Origin: Bacillota bacterium
GTDB taxonomy: Bacteria > Bacillota > Clostridia > Acetivibrionales > DTU013
Direction: 5' to 3'
Assembly: GCA_023418915.1 (NCBI GenBank)
Contig: JAEZYU010000037.1
Location: forward strand, 14,349 to 78,348
Length of the DNA: 64,000 bases
Made by a program: the position numbers and the translations under genes. Positions 10,096 to 19,619 of this stretch are shown here, piece by piece. Position 1 is the first letter of the stretch, and every line of letters starts with the position of its first letter. The notes beneath the pieces were generated by a model that saw only the letters and a list, made by a program, of their open reading frames with translations, was not told the origin of the DNA and searched no databases.

Positions 10096-12009
10096 ATGGA
10101 ATACCATGTAGCAAAGAACGGTTCAGATCAAAATCAGGGAACTGTGCAGCATCCATTTCTGACAATAAACAAGGCAGCTTCTGTCGCTTTGGCGGGAGAT
10201 ACGGTTATTGTCCATGAAGGCGAATACCGTGAATGGGTAAAGCCAAAATATAAAGGCTTAAGCGATAAAAGGAGGATCACATATCAGTCTGCTGAGGGTG
10301 AAAGGGTAACTATAAAAGGTTCGGAACGTATACAGAACTGGCAGCAGGTTGAAGGCAATGTATGGAAAACGGTTCTGTCGAACTCATTCTTTGGCGATTA
10401 CAATCCGTATGAACTGAAGATATTCGGTGACTGGCTGGTCACAGTCAAAGAGACAAAGCATTTGGGAGAAGTCTATCTCAATGGTATGTCTTTTTATGAA
10501 GTCAGCCGATATGATGATCTTATAAACCCGGTCGTCAGAACAGAAGTAATGGATCACTGGACACAGGAATTTGTCCCCATCCATAACCCTGAGCAGACAA
10601 AATATGTCTGGTTTACCGAGGTTGATGCCGACAATACGACCATCTATGCAAATTTTCAGGGCACAGATCCAAACAGCGAGCTTGTTGAAATAAATGTACG
10701 CAGATCGTGCTTTTATCCTATGGAGACAGGCATCGATTACATTACTGTCAGAGGCTTTGAGATGGCACAAGCCGCAACACCATGGGCACCCCCCACTGCA
10801 GACCAGCCAGGACTTCTCGGTGCAAACTGGAGTAAAGGGTGGATCATTGAAAACAACATCATCCACGATTCAAAATGCAGTGCCATCAGTATCGGCAAAG
10901 AAGCCACTACCGGCAATAACTATCGTTCCATCCGCAAAGACAAGCCTGGTTATCAGTATCAGTTGGAATCTGTCTTTTCTGCAAAGCGAAATGGCTGGAG
11001 CAAGGAAAAAATCGGTTCCCACATTATCCGTTACAATACCATATACGATTGCGGTCAGAACGGTGTAGTCGGCCACCTCGGATGTATTTTCAGTGAAGTT
11101 CACCACAACCATATATACAACATTGCACTCAAGCGTGAATTCTACGGTCATGAAATAGCAGGAATCAAATTCCATGCAGCAATTGACACACACATCCACC
11201 ATAACCGTATCCACAATTGCTCACTTGGTATTTGGAGCGATTGGCAGACACAGGGTACAAGGATCAGCAAGAATATATTCTACAATAATAATCGTGATTT
11301 GTTCGTAGAGGTAAGCCACGGGCCATATATTGTCGACAATAATGTAATGGCCTCAAACTATAGTCTGGACAACATGTCTCAGGGAGGAGCATATATCAAC
11401 AATCTGTTCTGCGGCAAGGTAAATCACCAGAAGGTACTTAACCGTTCAACACAGTACCACCTTCCACACAGCACTGAAATAAAAGGCTTCTCCCATATTT
11501 ACGGCGGAGACGACCGCTTCTTCAACAACATCTTCATCGGTAATGAAGGTCTGTATACAGGAACATCTCATTACAAAGGCTATAGTGCATCATTGGAGGA
11601 ATACATCGAAAAGGTCAATGAAAAAACCGGCGATCTGACACAATTTTTACCGGTAGAGCAGCCTGTTTATATAAATAACAATGCATATCTCAACGGAGCC
11701 GAAGCATTTGAAAGGGAAGACAGCAATATAGTAGAGGAAAGCTTTGATCCAAAGCTGCAGATCATCGATAATGGAGACGAAGGCTATCTTTCCTGCGAAT
11801 TGCCGGAAAGTTTTGAAAGCATGCAGTGTCAGACACAATCCACAGCCACATTGATGAGGGTGCGTATCGCAGATGCGGAATATGAAAGCCCGGATGGCAG
11901 CAATGTGGTAATTGATACTGATCTGTTGGATTCGCAGAGGGCTGAAAAAAGTCCATTGGGTCCGATAGCTCAATTGAAAAAAGGCGAAAACTATATCAGG
12001 ATCTGGTGA
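10096..12009 (+). CDS. Right-handed parallel beta-helix repeat protein (pectin-lyase fold; probable glycoside hydrolase or lyase, possibly GH141-like)
   Basis: The 637 aa ORF starts with YHVAKNGSDQNQGTVQHPFLTINKAASVALAGDTVIVHEGEYRE, typical of beta-helix CAZymes. It has repeated N-x-I/H-H-N turns (IENNIIHDS, IRYNTIYDC, HHNHIYNI, HHNRIHNC, SKNIFYNN). The RBS is AAAGGAGAAAATGAT. The GH141 suggestion is from memory only. Confidence 0.7.
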   Translation: MEYHVAKNGSDQNQGTVQHPFLTINKAASVALAGDTVIVHEGEYREWVKPKYKGLSDKRRITYQSAEGERVTIKGSERIQNWQQVEGNVWKTVLSNSFFGDYNPYELKIFGDWLVTVKETKHLGEVYLNGMSFYEVSRYDDLINPVVRTEVMDHWTQEFVPIHNPEQTKYVWFTEVDADNTTIYANFQGTDPNSELVEINVRRSCFYPMETGIDYITVRGFEMAQAATPWAPPTADQPGLLGANWSKGWIIENNIIHDSKCSAISIGKEATTGNNYRSIRKDKPGYQYQLESVFSAKRNGWSKEKIGSHIIRYNTIYDCGQNGVVGHLGCIFSEVHHNHIYNIALKREFYGHEIAGIKFHAAIDTHIHHNRIHNCSLGIWSDWQTQGTRISKNIFYNNNRDLFVEVSHGPYIVDNNVMASNYSLDNMSQGGAYINNLFCGKVNHQKVLNRSTQYHLPHSTEIKGFSHIYGGDDRFFNNIFIGNEGLYTGTSHYKGYSASLEEYIEKVNEKTGDLTQFLPVEQPVYINNNAYLNGAEAFEREDSNIVEESFDPKLQIIDNGDEGYLSCELPESFESMQCQTQSTATLMRVRIADAEYESPDGSNVVIDTDLLDSQRAEKSPLGPIAQLKKGENYIRIW

Positions 12010-12090
12010 CATATCAAAAATAAATCCCAATAATGTAGTACCTCAATTATCTGTTGCCGGTAAAGTCCGTTGCATAGATAGTCTGTTGCC

Positions 12091-12116
12091 AAGGGGGCGT
12101 TAATACGCCCCTTTTG
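12091..12116 (+). terminator. Rho-independent terminator after the beta-helix gene
   Basis: The structure is GGGGGCG-ttaata-CGCCCC(T) followed by TTTT. It is a GC-rich 7 bp stem about 85 nt after the stop at 12009. Confidence 0.6.
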
Positions 12117-12216
12117 AGTACTCAACGGCATTTTATGTGCCATTTTTCATCAAATATACCTCAAACACTTGTCACATTATACCTCAAACATTTATCCCAT
12201 AGATTGAATTTCGGTA

Positions 12217-12249
12217 CAAAAAAGTCCCATCTCCTAAAGAGACGAGACT
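12217..12249 (-). terminator. Rho-independent terminator after the LplABC-type transporter operon
   Basis: The minus strand reads AGTCTCGTCTC-tttag-GAGATGGGACT followed by TTTTTTG. It is an 11 bp stem with two G-U pairs, about 45 nt downstream of the stop at 12292. Confidence 0.6.
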
Positions 12250-12291
12250 ATTCTTGATGTACTACTTCAATATTGCGGCACAGTATTATGT

Positions 12292-13188
12292 TTACCCTTT
12301 TACACCGCCCAGTGTAATACCCTTGATGTAGTATTTCTGGAAAAATGGATATATGAACAGTATAGGTACCACACCGATTACAGCAATAGCCATTATAACA
12401 GAATCTGTTGGCATGTTCGCAAGCAATTCACTGGCCATATCGCCGAAAAATCCGGACTGCAGATAACGGATATCCAGCAACAGACGATTTAGTATATTTT
12501 GAATGTTATAGAACTTAGTATCTGTCAGATAATATAGTCCGTTTACCCATGAATTCCAATAGGACAACCCCTGCATCAAACCAATAGTAGCTAAAATAGG
12601 AAGGGAAAGAGGCAGACAGATCTTAAAAAAGACACGCGCCTCACTGGCTCCGTCAATACGGGCTGCTTCATACATTTCCTGCGGAATGTTAGTTCTAAAA
12701 TAGGACCGCAGCAGCATTACATAGAAACCGTTCACCAGCAGTGTTGGAAAGATTTGCGCCCATACCGTATTCTTAATGTGAAAAAGCTGTGTATACATCA
12801 GATAGGTAGGGACCAGACCACCATTAAACAACAGGGTAAACAGAACCAAAAAGTTTAGCGTACGGCTGCCTTTGAGTCGGTTGTTTGACAAGCCATATGC
12901 AAGCATTGAGGAGATTATCAGCCCCAAGGCGGTTCCGAATGCGGTTGTAAAAATAGTTACCAAATATGCATTTACCATGGAGCTAAAATCTTTTCCCAGA
13001 TATTCGTAGGCGGCAACACTCCACTTTTTTGGGAAAAAGCTGTATCCCTCATTAATAATGAGATTGTTATCGGTAAAAGAACCAATTATCAGCAAGAGGA
13101 ACGGTAAAATGCAGCTAATAGTTGCAATGGTAAGAATTATACTTGCTATTAAACTATTTCTTTTTTTTACTTTTGAATTTGATATCAT
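12292..13188 (-). CDS. Carbohydrate ABC transporter permease (LplC-like)
   Basis: The ORF is multi-TM with the EAA-like motif YEAARIDGASEARVFFKICLPL. The start is taken at M17 (MISNSKVKKRN), behind GAAAGGAAA. Confidence 0.85.
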   Translation of the reverse strand: MISNSKVKKRNSLIASIILTIATISCILPFLLLIIGSFTDNNLIINEGYSFFPKKWSVAAYEYLGKDFSSMVNAYLVTIFTTAFGTALGLIISSMLAYGLSNNRLKGSRTLNFLVLFTLLFNGGLVPTYLMYTQLFHIKNTVWAQIFPTLLVNGFYVMLLRSYFRTNIPQEMYEAARIDGASEARVFFKICLPLSLPILATIGLMQGLSYWNSWVNGLYYLTDTKFYNIQNILNRLLLDIRYLQSGFFGDMASELLANMPTDSVIMAIAVIGVVPILFIYPFFQKYYIKGITLGGVKG

Positions 13189-13261
13189 GGCCGAGATTTC
13201 CTTTCTTTCTGTAGGCAAATACCTTATGCAAAACAATGTGCGGTCAAATCAAAGAGCAAAC

Positions 13262-14200
13262 TTAAAACAGTGCGTTTTCCTTATTGAACTTCCGAACTAT
13301 CAAATTGCAAATAACAATCAAAGTGAACCCAACGATGGACTGATAAAATCCCGCAGCTGCAGACATCCCGATATCTCCCAGCTGGATCAATGCTCTGTAC
13401 ACATAGGTGTCGATTACATTAGTTGTAGTAAACAGCGCTCCGGAGTTCATCGGTACCTGGAAAAACAGGCCGAAATCCGCATAGAAGATTTTTCCGACGT
13501 GCAGAAGGAAAAGTGTGATAATGGTGGGAGTCAATAACGGCAGCGTTATATGAACGATTTGCTTAATGCGGGAAGCACCATCCAATGTAGCCGCTTCATA
13601 GTAATCACTGCTGATCCCGATTATCGTTGCCAGATATATAATACTGTTAAAGCCAACAGTTTTCCATATCTGCATAATAGTTATAATATAAGGCCAGTAT
13701 TTTGATTCTGTATACCACGAAATCTCCTTAATTCCCAATAACGGCAGAATACCATTATTAACCATACCCTTGTCGATACTCAATAGTGCATATACAAAAT
13801 AGCTGACAATGATCCAGGATACCAGCTGTGGTAAAAGGATGGTTGTCTGATAGAATTTTAAAAGACGCTTATTGGTGATCTCATTCAATAAAAGTGCAAC
13901 TAAAACACCAAACACGATTCCAAGAAGAATGAATGCAGCATTGTATAATAAAGTGTTTCTCGTAATAATCAGTGCATCTTTGGTTTTGAACAGGTACTCA
14001 AAATTCTTAAAACCAATCCAGTCGCTTTTAAAGATGCCCTTTCGAAAGTCAATATCCTTAAATGCAATAGCAAGGCCGGCAATAGGAATGTAATTATTAA
14101 AGAGTAAATATATAAATCCCGGGACCATCATAAGATATATCGGCAGCTTTTGCATCAATGGTTTTGAAGACCTTTGAGTCTTGGCAGATTTTGTCGGCAT
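13262..14200 (-). CDS. Sugar ABC transporter permease (LplB-like)
   Basis: The ORF is multi-TM with IAFKDIDF near the N-terminus and YEAATLDGASRIKQIVHITLPLL. The start is taken at the ATG at 14200 (MPTKSAKTQ), behind AAAGGAG. Confidence 0.85.
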   Translation of the reverse strand: MPTKSAKTQRSSKPLMQKLPIYLMMVPGFIYLLFNNYIPIAGLAIAFKDIDFRKGIFKSDWIGFKNFEYLFKTKDALIITRNTLLYNAAFILLGIVFGVLVALLLNEITNKRLLKFYQTTILLPQLVSWIIVSYFVYALLSIDKGMVNNGILPLLGIKEISWYTESKYWPYIITIMQIWKTVGFNSIIYLATIIGISSDYYEAATLDGASRIKQIVHITLPLLTPTIITLFLLHVGKIFYADFGLFFQVPMNSGALFTTTNVIDTYVYRALIQLGDIGMSAAAGFYQSIVGFTLIVICNLIVRKFNKENALF

Positions 14201-14301
14201 AGTGCTAACTCCTTTGGGAAATAACAGTTGATCTGCAGATTTGTTATGAACAAACAGCAGACCAACTGTTTTCATAAATAAATTAAATCAGCATTCGAGT
14301 A

Positions 14302-15864
14302 TTACTTATTAGCTAACCATGCATCCAGCTGAGCCTGCTTTTCAGCAAGGATCTTATCGACGCCGGCTTCCTTCATTTTAGCTATATATTCTTCGATAAT
14401 ACCGCTCTCCGGATCGCTCATTCCGCATTCGATGAGAAGCTTATACTGAGCGCGCACAGAGTTTACAGCAGCTAATTCTGTTTTTACGTTTGAACTGTCG
14501 AAAGTAAATCCAAGCGCCTTGGAACGGCCGGCAGTTTCATTGTCATTCTTCATTGTTTCCCACAGATTAGGCTGCTCGCCTTTCCACAAAGGAGCAAGGA
14601 ACTGGTTGCCCATTGCATAGCCCATGTTCAGGGTCCATCCGCTGGAATTGCCGTCTACACCTTCAGGATAATAAGCATACCCTTCGTCATCAATTACGTA
14701 ATGCTTGTCTTCAACACCCCAGCAAAGCGTGGTTACAAGGTCCTTATCCGAGAACATCAGGTTGAGATATTTTACGGCAGCTTCAGGAGCTTTGCTTGTT
14801 ACTGATACACCCCAGTTAACCTGAGTTACGCTGGCTGTGTTTGCAATGTAATCTGTTATCGGTATTGTCACAATCTCAGAGCCGACATTTCTTGTGGCCT
14901 GCTCAGCATATCCGGCTTTGGCGCCATTGAGATATGCAAATCCTTTTCCTGCCTTCAATAAAGATGCATATCCTTCTTGAGTGGTAGTAATATCTCTCAT
15001 TGTATATCCTGCTTCGTACCAATCATATACCAATTTCACATAATCACGATACTCTTCGGTTTCTTCATACAGAACCACGTCTGTATTATCCAGTCCGTCA
15101 TTCAACAATACACCAATGGGATCACCAAGCGGATCGTAAGTGACATTGAAGCTCAGAATGGATTTGCCTGAAGCAGCAGTTACCAGAGGATAGAAGTCCG
15201 GGCCCTCGCCTTCCTTGACTGTTTTGAGAACAGGAGTCAGGTCGGAGATTGATTTGATTGCACTGGTATCGATACTGTACTTGTCAACAAGATCCTTTCG
15301 CATGTTAACAGCATAGCATTTTGCCAGGTCGCGAATAGTAGGTACGATATAGAGATTTCCATTGATAGCAGTAGCGTCAAGATAACTTCCAAGAGCTTCT
15401 CTTATTCCCGATCCGTGAGCATCAATCAGATCATCCAATTGTATAAGCTGGTTGCGGCTTACATAAGAGGAGTAGTTGTTGCCATTAACAAAAATCAAAT
15501 CCAGCGGTTCGTTACCTGACAGCATCAATGTGATCTGCTGATCATAACTTGAGTACGGATAGAGCTGCAGCGAAACCTCTGTATTGATCTTTTCAAGTGT
15601 GATTTCATTGATAGCATCTTCAACTATCGGAGCGTCTGCCGTATGCGGAGAATTGTCTGCGCACAGGGCCATAACGATCTTATCTGGCTCTCCATTTACT
15701 TGATCTGCGGTATTGTTATCAGTGCCAGAAGTACCTGTTTGTGAGGGATTGGGGTCGTTGTTTGTTGCATCCTTGCTGCATGCGGTGACCAGAAGCATCA
15801 ACATTGCTATTGCCAATGCCAGAATACGGGTAAGTCCACGTTTAAAACTAAGTTTTCTTGTCAT
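14302..15864 (-). CDS. Large extracellular solute-binding lipoprotein (LplA-like)
   Basis: The 520 aa ORF has a signal peptide with lipobox LVTACS followed by an N/T/D/P-rich linker. Its size and pairing with LplB/C-like permeases fit this call. Confidence 0.85.
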   Translation of the reverse strand: MTRKLSFKRGLTRILALAIAMLMLLVTACSKDATNNDPNPSQTGTSGTDNNTADQVNGEPDKIVMALCADNSPHTADAPIVEDAINEITLEKINTEVSLQLYPYSSYDQQITLMLSGNEPLDLIFVNGNNYSSYVSRNQLIQLDDLIDAHGSGIREALGSYLDATAINGNLYIVPTIRDLAKCYAVNMRKDLVDKYSIDTSAIKSISDLTPVLKTVKEGEGPDFYPLVTAASGKSILSFNVTYDPLGDPIGVLLNDGLDNTDVVLYEETEEYRDYVKLVYDWYEAGYTMRDITTTQEGYASLLKAGKGFAYLNGAKAGYAEQATRNVGSEIVTIPITDYIANTASVTQVNWGVSVTSKAPEAAVKYLNLMFSDKDLVTTLCWGVEDKHYVIDDEGYAYYPEGVDGNSSGWTLNMGYAMGNQFLAPLWKGEQPNLWETMKNDNETAGRSKALGFTFDSSNVKTELAAVNSVRAQYKLLIECGMSDPESGIIEEYIAKMKEAGVDKILAEKQAQLDAWLANK

Positions 15865-15952
15865 TGTTTTCTCTCCTTTTTTAAGATCTTAAGACCAGCA
15901 AACATTAAGTACAACCTATTAAGTTCACCTCCCGTTATTTATTACGTTTACT

Positions 15953-16711
15953 TTAAAGACCTAAAGTCTTTAAAAGATTTCCGCCCATGATTTTTAATTG
16001 ATCATCCATCGGCATATCTTCAAGAAGCGCTTTATATTTGCCGACGCATGCATGCATGATGTCAAAGGGAGTATCGCTTCCAAAGCAAACTCTGTCTGCG
16101 CCCAATTGCTTGATAGCCTTCCATACCGCTTTCGTTCTAACCATGCTGCCAATCAGCATAATATTTGGGCATTCCTGTGCGACCTCGATCATCGCATCTG
16201 TAAGATCCGCATGACCGACTCCACCCATGTGAGCAACCAATATTTTCATTTCAGGATATTCCTTGGCAATCTTCTCCACGCGGAACGGATGTGTAAATTC
16301 AAAAGCATCTGCTCCTACATGAAAGGCTAAGGCTTTTTTAGTTTTTGCGATCTCTTCAATTACCGGAGCATAAGCAGGATCATCAATATAATAGCTATTT
16401 TGCGCTCCATTGAGTTTCACACCATGAAAGCCGTATTCATTAACACACTTTTTCACTGAATCGATTGCTTTATCAACTCCAAGATTCGGATCAGCCCAGC
16501 CAAATCCCAGAAAACGATCGGGATATTTCTGTGTCGCTTTGTAGATGTAAGCATTGGAGTCATCAATGTACCTCAAGTAAGGCGGGATCAACCATACTAA
16601 CGCCTGATCCACTTTCGAACGATCCATCTTCATAATAGTAGTTTCAATACTTGCATCTATCCCCTGTTCTCTTATAGGCGCAAGATGTACATCAGCATCA
16701 ATAATTCTCAT
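15953..16711 (-). CDS. Amidohydrolase-2 family metal-dependent hydrolase (possible sugar lactonase)
   Basis: The 252 aa ORF starts MRIIDADVHL (metal-binding H-x-H-like start) and carries conserved HVG / HMGG / FGSD motifs of the TIM-barrel amidohydrolase fold. Confidence 0.75.
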   Translation of the reverse strand: MRIIDADVHLAPIREQGIDASIETTIMKMDRSKVDQALVWLIPPYLRYIDDSNAYIYKATQKYPDRFLGFGWADPNLGVDKAIDSVKKCVNEYGFHGVKLNGAQNSYYIDDPAYAPVIEEIAKTKKALAFHVGADAFEFTHPFRVEKIAKEYPEMKILVAHMGGVGHADLTDAMIEVAQECPNIMLIGSMVRTKAVWKAIKQLGADRVCFGSDTPFDIMHACVGKYKALLEDMPMDDQLKIMGGNLLKTLGL

Positions 16712-16731
16712 CTATAACAGTCCTTTCCGAT

Positions 16732-19212
16732 TTATATTTTGAAGTTATAAGTTTTTCCGGCTTCAGTGCTAAAAACAATAACCTGCTCCTTAATGTCAAA
16801 TGGAACTCTGGCTCCATTTTCTTCAATAACCGGCTCTTTCTTTTCCGGCCATTTTATGCAGCATTTTCCGCCTGCTGCACTTTCTACCTTCAATGCTATA
16901 AGGCTGTCTTTATCCTTCTCAGCGCTTACAAAGAAACCTCCGCGGGCTCTCAGCCGTTCGAATTTTGCCGCAATATTTGCCGGCCAATATGGGAATAAGC
17001 AGATTTTATTTCCCTGTGACTGCAGCAGCATTTCTGTTATACACATAATGCCCTGGAACTGATTTTCAACCATTCTCCAGTTGTTGCTTACCCAAACAGG
17101 CAGCTGCCCTTCGGCATATGAAACTGCAGAGTATAAGCCATTATCAAAACGATGATTTAGCAGAGCGGTACGTATCTCTTCAAATTTCTCTTTGATTCCC
17201 AGTCGGATGAAAGGCACCATGGCAGAAATTGAATGAAGCGGTGCAGGAGTAGATGTACCCTTTGGACGCAGTATACTTGTTCTGCCCAGCATATCCCGTA
17301 ATACTTCAGTAAGGCCGCCCTCTTCGTCTCCGTTCAGATATTCGCCCGGGTATACCAGCCATCCGCCGCATCCCCAACGATTAGTGCGGGCATATTCAAG
17401 ACGCCATTCCATATCTGCAAATTCAGAGAGTCGTTTGCCCTGAATAACCGAGTCGAATTTGTCCCAGTCCTTACAGAAGGCATACCAGCCCTGATGATCG
17501 TCTGTCCATCCATAATCTAAATCCGGAACCTTTTTGAGCGCCTGTTTCCAGTCTTCACGCAATTCTTCATCCAAGCCAAGCGTTTCCGAAGCGCTGACAG
17601 CACATTCAAAGGCTTTTCTGAACATAACGATATCGGTTACATGATTTTTGTTTCCTACGAAACCCTTGCACCATCCCGGTTCTTCCAGACGCATAGATGG
17701 GTAGATGTCGCCATCTTCCTTCTGATATTTTTTCAGATATTCACTGTAGAATATTGCAGCTTTCTTAATGTAATCGTAGGCGTTTTCTTCCAGCCATTCG
17801 TCATCATGGGTATATTCCCAGTGCTGCCACAGCATCAGAGAAAGCCAGCCGGTATGACTTAGTGCGCGTCCCCATTTATTGTTCACGATTGCACGATGAG
17901 GGGGTGCATATGGAATACTGCTGAGATCGCAATATACGCCGCCCTTGAGCCCGAATATCATTTCGGATAAATACTCAAATGTCGGCATGTGCTGACGGAT
18001 CAGGTCTGCGAATACCTCGTACCATTCCAGATGATTGACCGGCAATGCTGCCGCAAACCATTTCTGTACATTATGGTTCCAGGTATAGCGGGAGTGGAAG
18101 TCCGCATTATCATCGATGGGAACATTCGCACACAGTGAAGGTGCCTGAGCTCCGGGCTTCAGGTGGCAAGCAAAGCCATAAAGGTTTCTGTACCAGACTG
18201 ATTCCAGTTCCTTATCTTCGAGTTCGATGCTGGAGGATTCCCAATATTTTCCCCAAAGCTGCTCACTGTCAGCGAGCAGACGATTAAAACGCTCTATCGT
18301 ATTCTCACCCATCATGCGGACAGCGCGTTCCTTTGTATCCGGATGGTTCTCACGGTCTGTGGATATACCGGTAAACAATGTGATCTCATTTCCGTCATTC
18401 AACCTCAGAGCCTGTGCAAGTGCATAGGCCATGTCAAGTACAGGTACTTTACTGTCAGAGTTTTTGTCAGTTGATTCCGGGAAAGAGGAAGCTATACACC
18501 AGTTAAAATCCGGAGTGTCATATTTCTCGGGAATAAGCTGCGTTATGGTACCGCTGTGATCTGTCAGCAAGGATACTTCAGGCAAAGGCATGGTAGGATC
18601 CGCATAGTCCGGTTCCTTTTCAACGAATATCTGGATCGCAGTAGTGTCACCTTCAACAGACAGCTTCGTGGCAAGTGTATTCAATTCTTTATGGACAAAT
18701 GCAGTAAAATGGACCTTACTTCTTCCCAAATCGACAGTGGACTCTAATAGTCCGTTCTTTATATTCAGCTTCGCATGAACTTTCGTGTTGCTAAACCCGC
18801 AATGACGGATCCTGATGCGTCCGGCTCTTCTGAGGCCAAATCCGCCGAACCATAAAACCAGCTTGCCGCAGCGTTCCTTTTCTTCTGCAAGGGATCCAAA
18901 AACCACATCGACTCCTTCCGGTTTCCCCTCCCAGTCTGCAAACCGTGTCAGGACATTGTCACAATTCTCCGGCCATTCAAAACCATAATCCTTTTCGTAC
19001 CGAATCAGATCATCATGTGTCAGTGTTTGGTTTTTGGCATCGTTATCAATTCTCGAATCCCAGATATCATTTTTGCCGAGACTGAGAATGATTTCATGAG
19101 AAGAAAAAGTAACGTTCGCTGCAAAGTCGCCATTGCCAATGATCAACCCTTCATGAGGGTTGGTCAGAATTTTATCCACAATAATTGGATATTTATCGGC
19201 ATTTGATTTCAT
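16732..19212 (-). CDS. Large glycoside hydrolase, GH95-like (six-hairpin type)
   Basis: The 826 aa ORF has no signal peptide. The N-terminal GLIIGNGDFAANVTF...LGKNDIWDS resembles the GNGxxGaxv...lW start of GH95 enzymes. The family is not verified. Confidence 0.6.
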   Translation of the reverse strand: MKSNADKYPIIVDKILTNPHEGLIIGNGDFAANVTFSSHEIILSLGKNDIWDSRIDNDAKNQTLTHDDLIRYEKDYGFEWPENCDNVLTRFADWEGKPEGVDVVFGSLAEEKERCGKLVLWFGGFGLRRAGRIRIRHCGFSNTKVHAKLNIKNGLLESTVDLGRSKVHFTAFVHKELNTLATKLSVEGDTTAIQIFVEKEPDYADPTMPLPEVSLLTDHSGTITQLIPEKYDTPDFNWCIASSFPESTDKNSDSKVPVLDMAYALAQALRLNDGNEITLFTGISTDRENHPDTKERAVRMMGENTIERFNRLLADSEQLWGKYWESSSIELEDKELESVWYRNLYGFACHLKPGAQAPSLCANVPIDDNADFHSRYTWNHNVQKWFAAALPVNHLEWYEVFADLIRQHMPTFEYLSEMIFGLKGGVYCDLSSIPYAPPHRAIVNNKWGRALSHTGWLSLMLWQHWEYTHDDEWLEENAYDYIKKAAIFYSEYLKKYQKEDGDIYPSMRLEEPGWCKGFVGNKNHVTDIVMFRKAFECAVSASETLGLDEELREDWKQALKKVPDLDYGWTDDHQGWYAFCKDWDKFDSVIQGKRLSEFADMEWRLEYARTNRWGCGGWLVYPGEYLNGDEEGGLTEVLRDMLGRTSILRPKGTSTPAPLHSISAMVPFIRLGIKEKFEEIRTALLNHRFDNGLYSAVSYAEGQLPVWVSNNWRMVENQFQGIMCITEMLLQSQGNKICLFPYWPANIAAKFERLRARGGFFVSAEKDKDSLIALKVESAAGGKCCIKWPEKKEPVIEENGARVPFDIKEQVIVFSTEAGKTYNFKI

Positions 19213-19449
19213 GCAATACCTCCTCTTTACAATAATTTTTATTTATTTTAATTGGTGGCTGTCGTTTTTTTGTTTAAGATAGATAAAATTTTACGCTGTA
19301 TCCATCAAATTTTCTAACACTTTTCAGGCCTATATTTGTTACTTTAAAGTCTTTTTGCGAAAAAATATGTTAACATAAAGTTTACAGTACTACAGCGAAT
19401 TTTACCGTAAGTAAATTATGTAAACATAATAAAGCGGATGTGCAGAATC

Positions 19450-19479
19450 TTTACAACAAGGGCGGTCCATTGGTATAAT
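19450..19479 (+). promoter_or_regulatory. Candidate sigma-A promoter for the 19620-22953 two-component operon
   Basis: TTTACA (19450-19455), an 18 nt spacer, then TATAAT (19474-19479), about 140 nt upstream of the ATG at 19620. Confidence 0.5.
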
Positions 19480-19619
19480 AGGCAATGTGACAGCTATTAA
19501 GCTGCAGAGTACTGCTTCAACTGCAAAGGTGCCGTCCGGGACATTTTAACCATAGAGAAAATGAAAATAGAATAAAAATATATAGGACTTATATCTAGTT
19601 AAAAAGGAAGAGGAAAATA

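Noticed and set aside
10384-11214. Minus-strand ORFs (160 aa and 114 aa) inside the beta-helix gene.
   Set aside because: They are antisense to a 637 aa ORF with a good RBS and clear repeat motifs, and they have no independent signals.
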